Below are positions 1 to 10,032 of a stretch of 64,000 nt of DNA, in pieces. Position 1 is the first letter of the stretch. Each line of letters begins with the position of its first letter. The position numbers were made by a program, and so were the translations under genes. This stretch comes from Candidatus Falkowbacteria bacterium (GTDB taxonomy: Bacteria; Patescibacteriota; Patescibacteriia; Patescibacteriales; UBA12465), in assembly GCA_037132255.1 (NCBI GenBank), contig JBAXPN010000003.1, forward strand, positions 2,625 to 66,624, read 5' to 3'. The notes under the pieces are model-generated. The model searched no databases, was not told where the DNA came from, and worked only from the letters and a program-made list of their open reading frames with translations.

Positions 1-2
1 TT

Positions 3-386
3 AAAGTCGGTGAATTAGTTGTTAATCATCGTCCTAGAAAAACAGGAAAGACTAAATATAATTGGCGCCGAGGTGTTAAGGGTATCCTTGATATGTTTGC
101 GGTTTGGTTTTGGAAAAAATATTCCAATCGTCCGCTGCATTTATTTGGAAGCTTAGGGCTAATCTTGATGGCGACTTCATTCTTCGCTGGGATGATGGCT
201 CTTTATGGAAAAATATTTTTAAATAGAGATTTATCTAATACCTCCTGGACAGATCTTTCAATGTTTGGATTTTTTATGGGCGTAATGCTTTTCATCTTTG
301 GGCTATTAGCCGACATTCTCTCCAAGAATTATTTTGCAATTCATCATGAAGAAGCATATAGCGTTAAAGAGGTGATTGAAAAATAA
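3..386 (+). CDS. Glycosyltransferase family 2, C-terminal fragment (5' end lies outside window)
   Basis: Frame is open from base 3. Translated VGELVVNHRPRKTGKTKYNWRRG resembles the conserved R-x-G-x-(S/T)KY region of GtrB/ArnC/DPM1-like GT2 enzymes and is followed by two hydrophobic helices. Confidence 0.7.
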   Translation, partial: KVGELVVNHRPRKTGKTKYNWRRGVKGILDMFAVWFWKKYSNRPLHLFGSLGLILMATSFFAGMMALYGKIFLNRDLSNTSWTDLSMFGFFMGVMLFIFGLLADILSKNYFAIHHEEAYSVKEVIEK

Positions 387-391
387 AATTT

Positions 392-652
392 ATGAATTTA
401 ATAGAAACAATCAAATCGGCAGCCAAAGAACATTTGATTTTAAAAATAATTTATAGAGACAGGAATGGCTTGATTGATGCTTGGCGTTATATAGAACCTT
501 ATTCTTTCAGCCATGATGATGGAGAAACCGGGTTGTTTGCCTGGGATATAGAGAAAGCCAGTATACGTCGGTTTTTATTAGATCGTATAATTGAAGCCGA
601 ATTAACCAATCGTTATTATAACCCAAGATATAAAATTGAGATTGTATGGTAA
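392..652 (+). CDS. Stand-alone WYL-domain protein (86 aa)
   Basis: ILKIIYRDRNG..WRYIEPYSF..GLFAWDIEKASIRRFLLDRI follows the WYL-domain pattern (beta-rich core ending in R-F-x-hydrophobic-D-R-I). No HTH or other domain is present. Confidence 0.6.
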   Translation: MNLIETIKSAAKEHLILKIIYRDRNGLIDAWRYIEPYSFSHDDGETGLFAWDIEKASIRRFLLDRIIEAELTNRYYNPRYKIEIVW

Positions 653-1458
653 ATAAAAAATTAAAAATAAATAAATCAACCGTTGCTTTTATTGACTGGG
701 CTAATGTTTATGGTTGGAAAAAGACTTTAGGCTGGGAGGTTGATATTGACAAATTATTCGCTTTTTTAAATGGATATAGCAAAATTATATCTAAAAATTT
801 TTACTTTGGCATTGAAAAAGGACAAACCCAATCTGAAAATTTTATGATCAAAGTTCAAACTATCGGTTTTACGGCTGTTAGCAAAGAGGTGAAATGGACA
901 CCGGTGTCTTTAGAATCATCCCATTTTAAAAAAATTGTGAAAGACTTATTCGATGTTTTAGATGATATTAAAAATAATAATAGCGAGTTTTCTAATAAGC
1001 TTTATGATTTAACGAAAAAAATAGACAGCTTACAGCAAGCCAAAACAAATCATGATTCCATCACAGTCGCCGATGGTCAAGAAGTAAAAGAGATTTATGA
1101 TTTAATTGAAGAACTGGATAATGATTTAAAAAAATTAAATATAACTATTGATTCTTTGCAGTCAACTTTAAAAATCCCTGTTTTAAGAAGAAAATGTGAT
1201 TTTGATGTGGAAATTGCCAGAGACGCTCTAAATCTTTTAAATACTTATGAAGTTTTTATGCTTTGGAGCGGAGATGGGGATTATGCGGCCTTAACTGAGG
1301 ATTTATTAAAAAAGGGGAAGAAGGTAGTCGTCATTTTTGCGCCCGGTCACAAAGGCAAAGAATATGATGGCATTACTGATAGCATAAAAACTGGAAAAAT
1401 AAACGGTAGTCTTTTTCTGTGTCCGGTGAATAAGTTAAAAGGGTTATTACAAAAATAA
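646..1458 (+). CDS. NYN/LabA-like (PIN-fold) predicted ribonuclease with internal coiled-coil insert
   Basis: N-terminal VAFIDWANVYGW and C-terminal KCDFDVEIARDAL..MLWSGDGDYAAL..GKKVVVI match the NYN/LabA Asp motifs. Its start overlaps the WYL gene stop (ATGGTAA). Confidence 0.6.
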   Translation: MVNKKLKINKSTVAFIDWANVYGWKKTLGWEVDIDKLFAFLNGYSKIISKNFYFGIEKGQTQSENFMIKVQTIGFTAVSKEVKWTPVSLESSHFKKIVKDLFDVLDDIKNNNSEFSNKLYDLTKKIDSLQQAKTNHDSITVADGQEVKEIYDLIEELDNDLKKLNITIDSLQSTLKIPVLRRKCDFDVEIARDALNLLNTYEVFMLWSGDGDYAALTEDLLKKGKKVVVIFAPGHKGKEYDGITDSIKTGKINGSLFLCPVNKLKGLLQK

Positions 1459-1482
1459 ATCCGAGGCGTTAGCCTCGGATTT
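1457..1482 (+). terminator. Intrinsic terminator after the WYL-NYN pair
   Basis: Perfect 11-bp stem AAATCCGAGGC / GCCTCGGATTT with GTTA loop, immediately after the stop codon. Confidence 0.7.
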
Positions 1483-1557
1483 ATAGATATCTTGATGAAC
1501 CTAAATTCAATCAAGCGTGATTAATCAAAGTATAGCATAATATTTATAATTGTCAAC

Positions 1558-2529
1558 ATGACAGATCAATCAGAAAATAGAACTATTCTTGTCACCGGTA
1601 GTGCCGGTTTTATCGGCTTTCATACCGCTAAGCGTCTTTTAGAAGCCGGGATAAGAGTTATTGGGGCTGATAACTTTAACGACTACTATGACCCGAGCCT
1701 TAAGGAGGCTAGAAATGCCATTTTAGAGGGTTTTAGTAACTTTAAGTTATACCGGGGAGATTTAAGTGATGAAAGCTTTGTGGGGCAGATTTTCACCGAG
1801 AACAGAATAGATAAAATCTGTCACTTAGCGGCTCAAGCTGGCGTTCGTTATAGTTTAGAAAATCCCAGAGTATATATAAAATCAAATATCGTCGCTTTTC
1901 TAAATATTCTTGAAGCGGCCAGAAATTATAAGATCAAGGATTTAGTTTATGCTTCTTCTAGCTCAGTTTATGGTAATAATAAAAAAGTACCCTTTTCAGT
2001 TGACGATTCAGTCGATAAGCCAATTTCATTATATGCGGCGACCAAGAAAGCCGATGAACTGATGGCTCACACCTATTCTCACCTCTTTGGTATAAATACT
2101 ACCGGTTTACGTTTTTTTACTGTCATCGGCCCATATGGGCGTCCAGATATGTCCCCAATCTTGTTTGCTAGCGCTATTTCTAAAGGCGAGGCTATCAAAG
2201 TCTTTAACTTTGGTAAGATGAAGCGGGATTTTACTTATATTGATGATATCGTTGATGGTATCGTCTTAGCGCTTGAAAAAGTAAATGGTTATCAGATATT
2301 TAATTTAGGTAATAATAAGCCGGTTGAATTAGAATATTTTATTAGTTGTATTGAAAAAGAATTAGAGAAGACAGCTATTAAGAAATATTTAGAATTACAA
2401 CCAGGGGATGTTTTAGAGACATATGCCGATATTGAGCATACTAAAGAAATATTAGGTTGGGAACCCAAAATTACCACCGAAGAAGCGGTGCATTTATTTG
2501 TGGAGTGGTATAAGGAATATTATAGATAA
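1558..2529 (+). CDS. NAD-dependent epimerase/dehydratase, UDP-glucuronate 4-epimerase-like
   Basis: N-terminal Rossmann motif VTGSAGFIGFH, the YYDPSLKEAR segment typical of the Cap1J/LpsL subgroup, and the YAATK catalytic YxxxK. Confidence 0.8.
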   Translation: MTDQSENRTILVTGSAGFIGFHTAKRLLEAGIRVIGADNFNDYYDPSLKEARNAILEGFSNFKLYRGDLSDESFVGQIFTENRIDKICHLAAQAGVRYSLENPRVYIKSNIVAFLNILEAARNYKIKDLVYASSSSVYGNNKKVPFSVDDSVDKPISLYAATKKADELMAHTYSHLFGINTTGLRFFTVIGPYGRPDMSPILFASAISKGEAIKVFNFGKMKRDFTYIDDIVDGIVLALEKVNGYQIFNLGNNKPVELEYFISCIEKELEKTAIKKYLELQPGDVLETYADIEHTKEILGWEPKITTEEAVHLFVEWYKEYYR

Positions 2530-2555
2530 TTATGTATAAAAATATTTAAATAATA

Positions 2556-3668
2556 ATGAAAAAACTCCTAGTTTTAAATTACGAATTTCCGCCATTAGGA
2601 GGAGGTGCTAGTCCCGTAAGCTATGAAATAGCAGAGCGTCTGTCAGAAACAGGCGATTTTGATATTGACGTTGTTACAATGGGCTATAAAGACTTACCAA
2701 AATATGAAGAGATAAATAGTAATTTTAGAATACATAGGGTTAAATGTTTAAGAAGTAAAAAAGAGCTTTGTCATCCTTGGGAGCAGGCAACTTATTTGAT
2801 TTCAGGTTGGTTTAAATGCAAAGAATTACTTAAAAATAATAAATATGATATTTGTCATTGTCATTTTATTATACCGACTGGTGTTTTAGCTTTGAAATTA
2901 AAAAAGAAATTTTGTTTGCCTTATATTATTACTAGCCATGGTAGTGATGTTTTGGGATATAATGCAAGATTTAAAATTTTGTATCCTTTTTTAGTAAAGC
3001 CTTGGAAAAATATTTTAGATAATGCTAATAAAATTATTTCCCCATCAAATTTTCTTAAAGCCGAAATATTAAAAGTTTATCCCAAATTAAATAATGAAAA
3101 GATAGAAGTAATTCCCAATGGCTTTAATACCAATAAATTTAAGCCACAAGAAAAGAAAAAATATATTTTTTCATCCGGTAGGTTATTAGTAAACAAAGGT
3201 TTTCAATATCTAATTCAAGCAGTATCCGATGAAGATATTAGTTATGAAGTGCATATTGCTGGTGATGGCCCAATGATGGCCGAGCTAAAAAAATTAGCAG
3301 AAAAATCAAAAACAAAAATAATTTTTCATGGTTGGCTTGATAATAACGGTCAAGAGTATAAAGATTTGTTAGAACAGGCAGCAATATACGTTTTAGCTTC
3401 AGAGAAGGAAAATGCTAGCATAGCTTTACTAGAAGCTATGAGCGCTGGTTGTGCAGTTTTTACAACCAATGTTTCTGGGTGCCCAGAGACAGTCGGAAAT
3501 GCTGGGTTATTAATAAATCCCAGAGATGCTAATGATTTAGAGATAAAATTGAATATCGTTGTTAATGATGATAATATGTTGGTTAAATTACAAAAAATAG
3601 CAGGAGAGAGGGTAAAAGTCATTTACGACTGGAATATTGTGTTAAAAGAATATATAAAAGTTTTATGA
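2556..3668 (+). CDS. Glycosyltransferase family 4 (GT-B fold)
   Basis: N-terminal EFPPLGGGAS and C-terminal E-x7-E-like region (SEKENASIALLEAMSAGCAVFTT). Confidence 0.8.
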   Translation: MKKLLVLNYEFPPLGGGASPVSYEIAERLSETGDFDIDVVTMGYKDLPKYEEINSNFRIHRVKCLRSKKELCHPWEQATYLISGWFKCKELLKNNKYDICHCHFIIPTGVLALKLKKKFCLPYIITSHGSDVLGYNARFKILYPFLVKPWKNILDNANKIISPSNFLKAEILKVYPKLNNEKIEVIPNGFNTNKFKPQEKKKYIFSSGRLLVNKGFQYLIQAVSDEDISYEVHIAGDGPMMAELKKLAEKSKTKIIFHGWLDNNGQEYKDLLEQAAIYVLASEKENASIALLEAMSAGCAVFTTNVSGCPETVGNAGLLINPRDANDLEIKLNIVVNDDNMLVKLQKIAGERVKVIYDWNIVLKEYIKVL

Positions 3669-4759
3669 ATAAAAAAATAAAAATTTGTTTTATTTCAAGG
3701 TCAGCATATCCATTATTTAATCCTATTTGCAAAGCTACATTTGGCGGCGCAGAGGTTGATTTATATACAATTGCCAACTCGTTATCCGAAGATTCTTTAT
3801 TTGATGTGACTTTTATTGTTGGTGATTTTGAACAAAAATCAGTAGAAAAAGTTGGCAATATTCAACTTTTTAAGAGTTATCGATTTGAAGAGAATAAGTT
3901 ACTCCAAATGTTTAAATTGATTGTAAAAATAATAAAGTTAGATGCGGATTTTTATATACAGGAAGGCGCAAGTGGTGGCACGGGAATTATTTCTTTGGTA
4001 TGTAAAATTATCAATAAAAAATTTATTTATCGTACAGCTTCCGATATAGATTGTAACGGAGATTTCATTAAAAATAATTTTGTAGAGGGAATTTTTTATA
4101 AATGGGGGTTGTTTCATGCAAGTAAAATAATTACACAAAATGAGTCAAATAAGAAACAACTTAAAGACATTTTTAATTTAAACAGTGTTGTAATTAGGAA
4201 TGGAATGAAAATACCTAAAATTTTAAAAAATGACAGAAATACCATACTTTGGATTGCTCGTAGCGAGAAATTAAAGCAACCTTTTATTTTTTTAGAGATT
4301 GCTAAAGAATTTTCGAAAGAAAAATTTATTATGATTTGCCCAGAAGCAAATTTTAATAGCGTAGATGTTACAGAATTAAGAAAAAAAGCATCAGAAATTA
4401 CGAACCTTACTTTTATACAATCTGTACCATTCGTTGATATAAATAATTATTATTGTAATGCAAAGATTTTTATCAACACTTCTATATATGAAGGATTTCC
4501 GAATACTTTCGTTCAGTCTGCCATTAATGCTGTTCCAATAATTACCTTAAATGTTGATCCTGATAATTTTCTTCAAAAATATAAAAATGGATTTTGTGCG
4601 CATGGTAATTTTTCAAAAATTATCTCAGAAATAAAAAGAATATTAAATAGCCAGAATGAATGGACTAATATGAGCATTAATGCATATAATTATGCTTTAA
4701 ATAATAATGATATTAATAAGATTATTCTTGAATACAAAAAAATTTTTACTAAAATGTAA
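3665..4759 (+). CDS. Glycosyltransferase, GT-B fold (GT4-like)
   Basis: FGGAEV near the N-terminus and C-terminal YEGFPNTFVQSAINAVPIIT. 4-nt overlap with the upstream GT4 gene. Confidence 0.7.
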   Translation: MNKKIKICFISRSAYPLFNPICKATFGGAEVDLYTIANSLSEDSLFDVTFIVGDFEQKSVEKVGNIQLFKSYRFEENKLLQMFKLIVKIIKLDADFYIQEGASGGTGIISLVCKIINKKFIYRTASDIDCNGDFIKNNFVEGIFYKWGLFHASKIITQNESNKKQLKDIFNLNSVVIRNGMKIPKILKNDRNTILWIARSEKLKQPFIFLEIAKEFSKEKFIMICPEANFNSVDVTELRKKASEITNLTFIQSVPFVDINNYYCNAKIFINTSIYEGFPNTFVQSAINAVPIITLNVDPDNFLQKYKNGFCAHGNFSKIISEIKRILNSQNEWTNMSINAYNYALNNNDINKIILEYKKIFTKM

Positions 4760-4766
4760 GACTAAA

Positions 4767-6038
4767 ATGATTAATTTAATAAAAAATAATTTTAAAAAAC
4801 ATAGTGAGACAATCAATAATTTTACGTGGAGATGTCTACAAATATTTGGTAAACAAGGGGTGACATTTTTAATTTTTGTATTATGTTCAAGGTTACTTAC
4901 CCCTTATAATTTTGGTATCTATAACTATATTCTTGCAATTATATTCTTCTTAGTCATGTTTGGAGATTTTGGTATTTCGACTGCTACTTCAAAATATGTA
5001 GCTGAGTATAATATTGTTAATAAAAATAAATTAAAAGCTGTTTTGTTTAATTCAGGATTGATAATATTTATTATAACATCTGTAATTACTATAGTAACTG
5101 TATCCATAGGATCTTTTTACTTGAAAGATAAGTATACTTATTTTTTATGGCTGCTTCCGTTAATTTTTTTGTCTCCGATGACTTCCTTGTATGACGGAAT
5201 TTACAGAGGGTTAAAGAAATTTAAGCAACTGGCTATAATCTCGTTAGCCATCGGTTTTGTTTCTATTCCTTTTGTTTATTTTATGGTAAATAATTATGGT
5301 TTAGTTGGCGCATTATTTTCTCAAAATATTTTTTATTTAAGTCTTTTGGCGGGGCTTTATTTTGGATATAGCGATTTTCATTTTAAATTTAACAAAGAAG
5401 TTATAAAAGAAATTGGAAAATACAGTTTTACTTACGGGGTAGCCGTAATAGGGTATTACTTATTTTCAAGAGTAGACATTCTAATACTTGGCCATTATGG
5501 ATTTATTAAAGAAATAGCAGTTTATGAGATTATTAATAAAATTTTTATGATTCTATTAATCCCGTTTTCCATAATTGGGCAAATTATTGGCCCTAATTTT
5601 ACAGAATTTTATATAAAAAAACAGTACAATAAAATTTATTATAAACTAAAAAAATACATCATACTATCAATTGTTAGCGGCTTTATATTTGGAGTATCGA
5701 CTTATTTTATATTACCTTATATTATAAAATTATTCTTTTTTAATTATTATAATAATATATTTTCATTAATATTTTTTCCATGTGTAATAATATATTCTCT
5801 ACAAGTTTATGCAACTTATATTAATTCGGGAATTATTGTTTCTACCGGACATGCTAAATTAATGACCTATCTAAATTTATGGTTAGGTATACTAAATTTA
5901 ATTTTAGCATTAGTATTAATTAGATTGTTTGGTTTTGTCGGTGTTATATATGCAACTATGATATCTTTAATAATTGGAATTATAATTTTGCATACGCAAT
6001 ACTTCTATATAATAAATAAATTAAATAACGATGAATAA
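4767..6038 (+). CDS. Polysaccharide flippase, Wzx/MOP superfamily
   Basis: About 12 predicted TM helices with a typical O-antigen-transporter N-terminus. I prefer the ATG at 4767 over the ORF-track start at 4707, which overlaps the previous gene. Confidence 0.7.
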   Translation: MINLIKNNFKKHSETINNFTWRCLQIFGKQGVTFLIFVLCSRLLTPYNFGIYNYILAIIFFLVMFGDFGISTATSKYVAEYNIVNKNKLKAVLFNSGLIIFIITSVITIVTVSIGSFYLKDKYTYFLWLLPLIFLSPMTSLYDGIYRGLKKFKQLAIISLAIGFVSIPFVYFMVNNYGLVGALFSQNIFYLSLLAGLYFGYSDFHFKFNKEVIKEIGKYSFTYGVAVIGYYLFSRVDILILGHYGFIKEIAVYEIINKIFMILLIPFSIIGQIIGPNFTEFYIKKQYNKIYYKLKKYIILSIVSGFIFGVSTYFILPYIIKLFFFNYYNNIFSLIFFPCVIIYSLQVYATYINSGIIVSTGHAKLMTYLNLWLGILNLILALVLIRLFGFVGVIYATMISLIIGIIILHTQYFYIINKLNNDE

Positions 6039-6969
6039 TAATTTAAAAGTATCTATTATTATGTCCGCCTATAATGCGGAAAAGTATATAGCAGAGTCAA
6101 TAGAGTCTATTTTAAACCAATCCTTTAAAGATTTTGAATTTATTATATTTGATGACGGGTCTACTGATGATACAAAAAAAATCATCAGAACTTATGCTAA
6201 AAAAGATAATAGAATAATTCCTGTATATAATAACAAGAATATAGGTTATATTGGGTTTATTAGAAATTTAAATAAGGGAATGAATATGGCGAAATGTAAG
6301 TATATTGCAAGAATGGATGCGGATGATATTTCGTTACCAAAACGACTAGAGAAGCAGTTGGATTATTTAGAAAATAATAATGATATTTTTTTGATTGGCA
6401 CATCTGTAAATATAGTTGATGAAAATGGGATAATAATAAGGAAGAATGTTTTTTACATTGATCCTGAAAAAATGCTTCCTATTAAAAATTGCATATATCA
6501 CCCCACTATTATGTTTAGAAATGATAACAGTATAACTTATAGAGAAAAAATTCTTTATTGTGAAGATTATGATTTATATTTAAGATTAATTACTTTAAAT
6601 AAAAAAATAGTAAATTTAAAAGAGACACTACTAAATTATAGAGTTATTGAGCAATCAGTTTCACGAACAAAGGCGGCTTTACAACAATTTTATAGTGAAG
6701 AAGCAAAAACTTTATACTTAGAAAGGAAAAAAATCGGTCATGATAACTATGATTCATTTAATTCTGATAAAGTTGAATTAGATATATTTTCAAAAAAATG
6801 TTTATTAATTGAAATAAAATCGTGTTCTTATATTAATAACTACATAGAAGTTAATAGGCTTTGCAAAAGTTATTTTATTAATCATGGTTTTAATAGTAAT
6901 ATATTTTTATATTATTTACTAAGTTTATTGCCTCAAAAAATTATTAATTTTATTAAGTGTTTTAAATAA
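6031..6969 (+). CDS. Glycosyltransferase family 2
   Basis: VSIIMSAYNAEKYI..FDDGSTDDT..ARMDADDIS: the GT2 DxD/DAD signature. Confidence 0.85.
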   Translation: MNNNLKVSIIMSAYNAEKYIAESIESILNQSFKDFEFIIFDDGSTDDTKKIIRTYAKKDNRIIPVYNNKNIGYIGFIRNLNKGMNMAKCKYIARMDADDISLPKRLEKQLDYLENNNDIFLIGTSVNIVDENGIIIRKNVFYIDPEKMLPIKNCIYHPTIMFRNDNSITYREKILYCEDYDLYLRLITLNKKIVNLKETLLNYRVIEQSVSRTKAALQQFYSEEAKTLYLERKKIGHDNYDSFNSDKVELDIFSKKCLLIEIKSCSYINNYIEVNRLCKSYFINHGFNSNIFLYYLLSLLPQKIINFIKCFK

Positions 6970-6971
6970 AA

Positions 6972-8936
6972 TTATAAACTAGACCAGCTATAAATTTCAA
7001 AACCGTTATCGGCTATAACTAATTTAAAATTAGCTAAATGGAATTTAGCGTCTAATGGAAAATTAGTGGAAGTTCTTGTTATGTAAACACCTTTTTTAAA
7101 GTTTTTGACAGTGCTTTCTAAATCATAAACTTGCCAATAATCGTTATCCAAAAAAACATTTTTACCTATATCATATTTAAAGCTACCCTTGTCTGAAAAA
7201 AATCGATTACCATCAATATTAATATCAAATTGTAAAAGAAGCCAAGCGGGATCAAAATTGTTAAGAATAATTGGCTCAGATGAATTTATTAGTTTTTTTT
7301 CTTTTATTAAATTCATAAAATCAAGGGCATCCTTACGTGTTCCTGTTGATGTTGGGCGAGCCGAGTCATTATATGGCCAGTTTGTCACTAAATCATGATT
7401 CGCGGCATGTTTAATATTTGAAGGATTAATAAATAAATTAATCAATAGTAGCGCGATAAAAATACGTAAAATATAAAATTTATTAATAGTTTTGGTAAGT
7501 ATGTAAATTACTGTTGAGAATATTAAAATATAAAAAGGATATATTATGAATGAATATCTAGTGGGTACATAGCTTAAAGTATTTTGATATTTGAATATGA
7601 AAACCGCAAGCATACATATAAAAGTAAAATACGAAACACTTAAAAAACGATTTTTTATTATAAAAATGGGAACCAAGAAAAGTAGTATTAGAAAAAATTC
7701 TGGTATAGGAAATAAAGAAAACCATTGCATTGGGAACTGAATTGTTGGTAGAAAAAAAGAATGGAACCAGTATAAATCAAATCCTAGCAAATGAAAGCCT
7801 GGTAAAAAGTATTGAACTAAAAAAGCAAATAAAATCAGCCAAAAAACAAAAAAGGCAATTAAATAATATTTGAATCGTTTTTTCTTGTTATGATTGTTTA
7901 TTACTAAACACGGGATAGCCGCGAAAATAATAGCAAGAATTGTTAGTAAAATAGTATAATTATTTACAAGATGACTATATAGATATAGTAAGATAGAAAT
8001 AGATGATAAAGATATAATTAAAAATTTGTTAGAACGATTTTTTTTGATCAAAGTAAAAATAAAAATAAAAGCAAGCAGAGAAATAAAGAAATTTTCTGAG
8101 TATTCTCTTATCATGGTCGACTCTTCTATTGCCACTGGAGAAATAGATAACAAAAAAGCACATATGATGCCAACCTTTTTATTAATAAAAGTTCCAAGTA
8201 AATACATTAAAAAAATGGAAATTGTACCAATAACTGCTAGAGCTAGTCTTGCGGCAAATAATGTTGGTCCAAATAATTTGAACATAAATGCAATTAAATA
8301 TGTTAGTTGCAAATTACGCTCATAAAAAAAATGGCCATTATCATAAAAAGCTTTTCCTGAACTCAAATTAAAAAGATCGCTACCTTGAATATAATTTAGA
8401 TTCCAGACTCTTAGAACAAAACCCAGTAATAGTATAAACATTAATATAAACGTATAAGACAATTTCTGTTTATATATTTTTTTATTTTCTATTTTTGACT
8501 CATTACTATAATCATTTGTAATTTTTTGCACGATTTCTTTTCTGTTATTATAAAGAAAAATAAAACCCAAAAAAAAGGAAATGAAAATTAATATTAGATT
8601 AAGATTGGGAATTAGATGTAAATCAAGTTTTGAAGAAAAATTTAAATTAGAAATGATTATGATAAATAAACTTGCTATGAATATCGGAGGGTAAAATTCT
8701 AAAATAATTTTCTTAGTTATATTTTTATCGTCTAATTTTTTAAACCACAAAAAGAAAACTAAAAATCCCGACACTAATTCTGTGTATAAAATAGTCTCAT
8801 TATTTAAAAAGTTAAATCTTAGTCCACAAATATTTATTAATAACGAAATTAAAAATAAAGATAAGCAAAAAGGTCTTGTAAAATTTTTTGAAGCTATGCT
8901 AAGATTATTTATTACTTTATTTTTGAACGGCATCAA
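6972..8936 (-). CDS. GT-C fold membrane glycosyltransferase (ArnT/PMT_2-like) with extra N-terminal TM extension
   Basis: More than 12 TM helices. The central region LFGPTLFAARLALAVIGTISIFLMYLLG..LLSISPVAIEES resembles the PMT_2/ArnT core. Globular C-terminal domain. Confidence 0.55.
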   Translation of the reverse strand: MMPFKNKVINNLSIASKNFTRPFCLSLFLISLLINICGLRFNFLNNETILYTELVSGFLVFFLWFKKLDDKNITKKIILEFYPPIFIASLFIIIISNLNFSSKLDLHLIPNLNLILIFISFFLGFIFLYNNRKEIVQKITNDYSNESKIENKKIYKQKLSYTFILMFILLLGFVLRVWNLNYIQGSDLFNLSSGKAFYDNGHFFYERNLQLTYLIAFMFKLFGPTLFAARLALAVIGTISIFLMYLLGTFINKKVGIICAFLLSISPVAIEESTMIREYSENFFISLLAFIFIFTLIKKNRSNKFLIISLSSISILLYLYSHLVNNYTILLTILAIIFAAIPCLVINNHNKKKRFKYYLIAFFVFWLILFAFLVQYFLPGFHLLGFDLYWFHSFFLPTIQFPMQWFSLFPIPEFFLILLFLVPIFIIKNRFLSVSYFTFICMLAVFIFKYQNTLSYVPTRYSFIIYPFYILIFSTVIYILTKTINKFYILRIFIALLLINLFINPSNIKHAANHDLVTNWPYNDSARPTSTGTRKDALDFMNLIKEKKLINSSEPIILNNFDPAWLLLQFDINIDGNRFFSDKGSFKYDIGKNVFLDNDYWQVYDLESTVKNFKKGVYITRTSTNFPLDAKFHLANFKLVIADNGFEIYSWSSL

Positions 8937-10032
8937 GTTTTATTTGTTTAATTATTGAAGCGGTCGGTAGATTCGATCTGAAAAAAATTGTTAAGGATTC
9001 GCTATTTTCTGTTTTAAATTTTATTTTTGTTTGTGGAAGAAAAATATTTTTTGAAATAATATTAACTTTATATAAATTACCTCTAAAATAAGGACTGGTT
9101 CCATAGTTGTGAGATGTCCAACCAAAACTTAAATCATTTTTTCCGTTGTAATCAGTCCAAATTTTATCTGGTCCAAGATATGCGCGGACACTAAATTGTC
9201 CGTCGACGAATAATTCTATATAACCATTGATATCTGACGAGAAATAGATCGCCATTAGAGAATGTTTTTTATTAAAAAATTTTTTGTCTATGGGAATCTT
9301 AATATTATAAAATTGCCCATCTTTATTATTGACCCGACCAATCTGGAAACTTACACTTTCTTTATTCTGCCATAATTCCCAGTTATAATGTCCGACTATT
9401 TGTTGCCCGTCGCTAGAATCATCTGTTGGCAGCCATTCCGCATAAACCGTAAATGCTCCATCTTCAAACATGTCACTAGAACTTGCTATCTCTAATCTGG
9501 CTGTGCCATCTAAATAAGTTGCCCCATCAAATAAGAAGGCTTTTTTATTTTTGTTTACTAAATCTCCCGGCACACCTTTAGTAAAATCCCAAGATTTATC
9601 CCACTGGACCGAATTTGGATCAAAGTCTAAATAAGGAGGGATAAGCGAAACGCCCTCGCCTTCTACTTCAACGGTAATTTCGGCGTCTTTTAAAACTACA
9701 TTAGGCTTAAAAACCGCCGTGGCCATACCAGTTAGTTCTCGATAAGTTGTGCCATCGGGGTTAGTTTTTCGCCCTGAGAGGTCTTGTGATGGCTCTAAAT
9801 AGAACTCAGAAACGGTGGTGTCGTTAGCTGAACCGACATTAATGATAAAAGTTTTATGATAACCAAAGGGGAGGAAGTTTATGTATAAAACATAAAGCAA
9901 AAAACCCAAGGGAAGAGCATAACCTAAAAACCTAGCCCAAAAAATAGGATCTTTGAGAAGTTTTTTAGTGTTTTGTTTATTAATACTTTTAAAAGTGTCT
10001 TTAACTCTGTTTTTTAAAATTGGTAAACCCAT
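8917..10032 (-). CDS. Membrane-anchored LamG/concanavalin-A-like lectin domain protein
   Basis: One N-terminal TM helix, then FDGATYLDG..FTVYAEWLP..HSLMAIYFSS..IELFVDG typical of Laminin_G_3. Overlaps both flanking GT-C genes. Confidence 0.55.
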   Translation of the reverse strand: MGLPILKNRVKDTFKSINKQNTKKLLKDPIFWARFLGYALPLGFLLYVLYINFLPFGYHKTFIINVGSANDTTVSEFYLEPSQDLSGRKTNPDGTTYRELTGMATAVFKPNVVLKDAEITVEVEGEGVSLIPPYLDFDPNSVQWDKSWDFTKGVPGDLVNKNKKAFLFDGATYLDGTARLEIASSSDMFEDGAFTVYAEWLPTDDSSDGQQIVGHYNWELWQNKESVSFQIGRVNNKDGQFYNIKIPIDKKFFNKKHSLMAIYFSSDINGYIELFVDGQFSVRAYLGPDKIWTDYNGKNDLSFGWTSHNYGTSPYFRGNLYKVNIISKNIFLPQTKIKFKTENSESLTIFFRSNLPTASIIKQIKLDAVQK

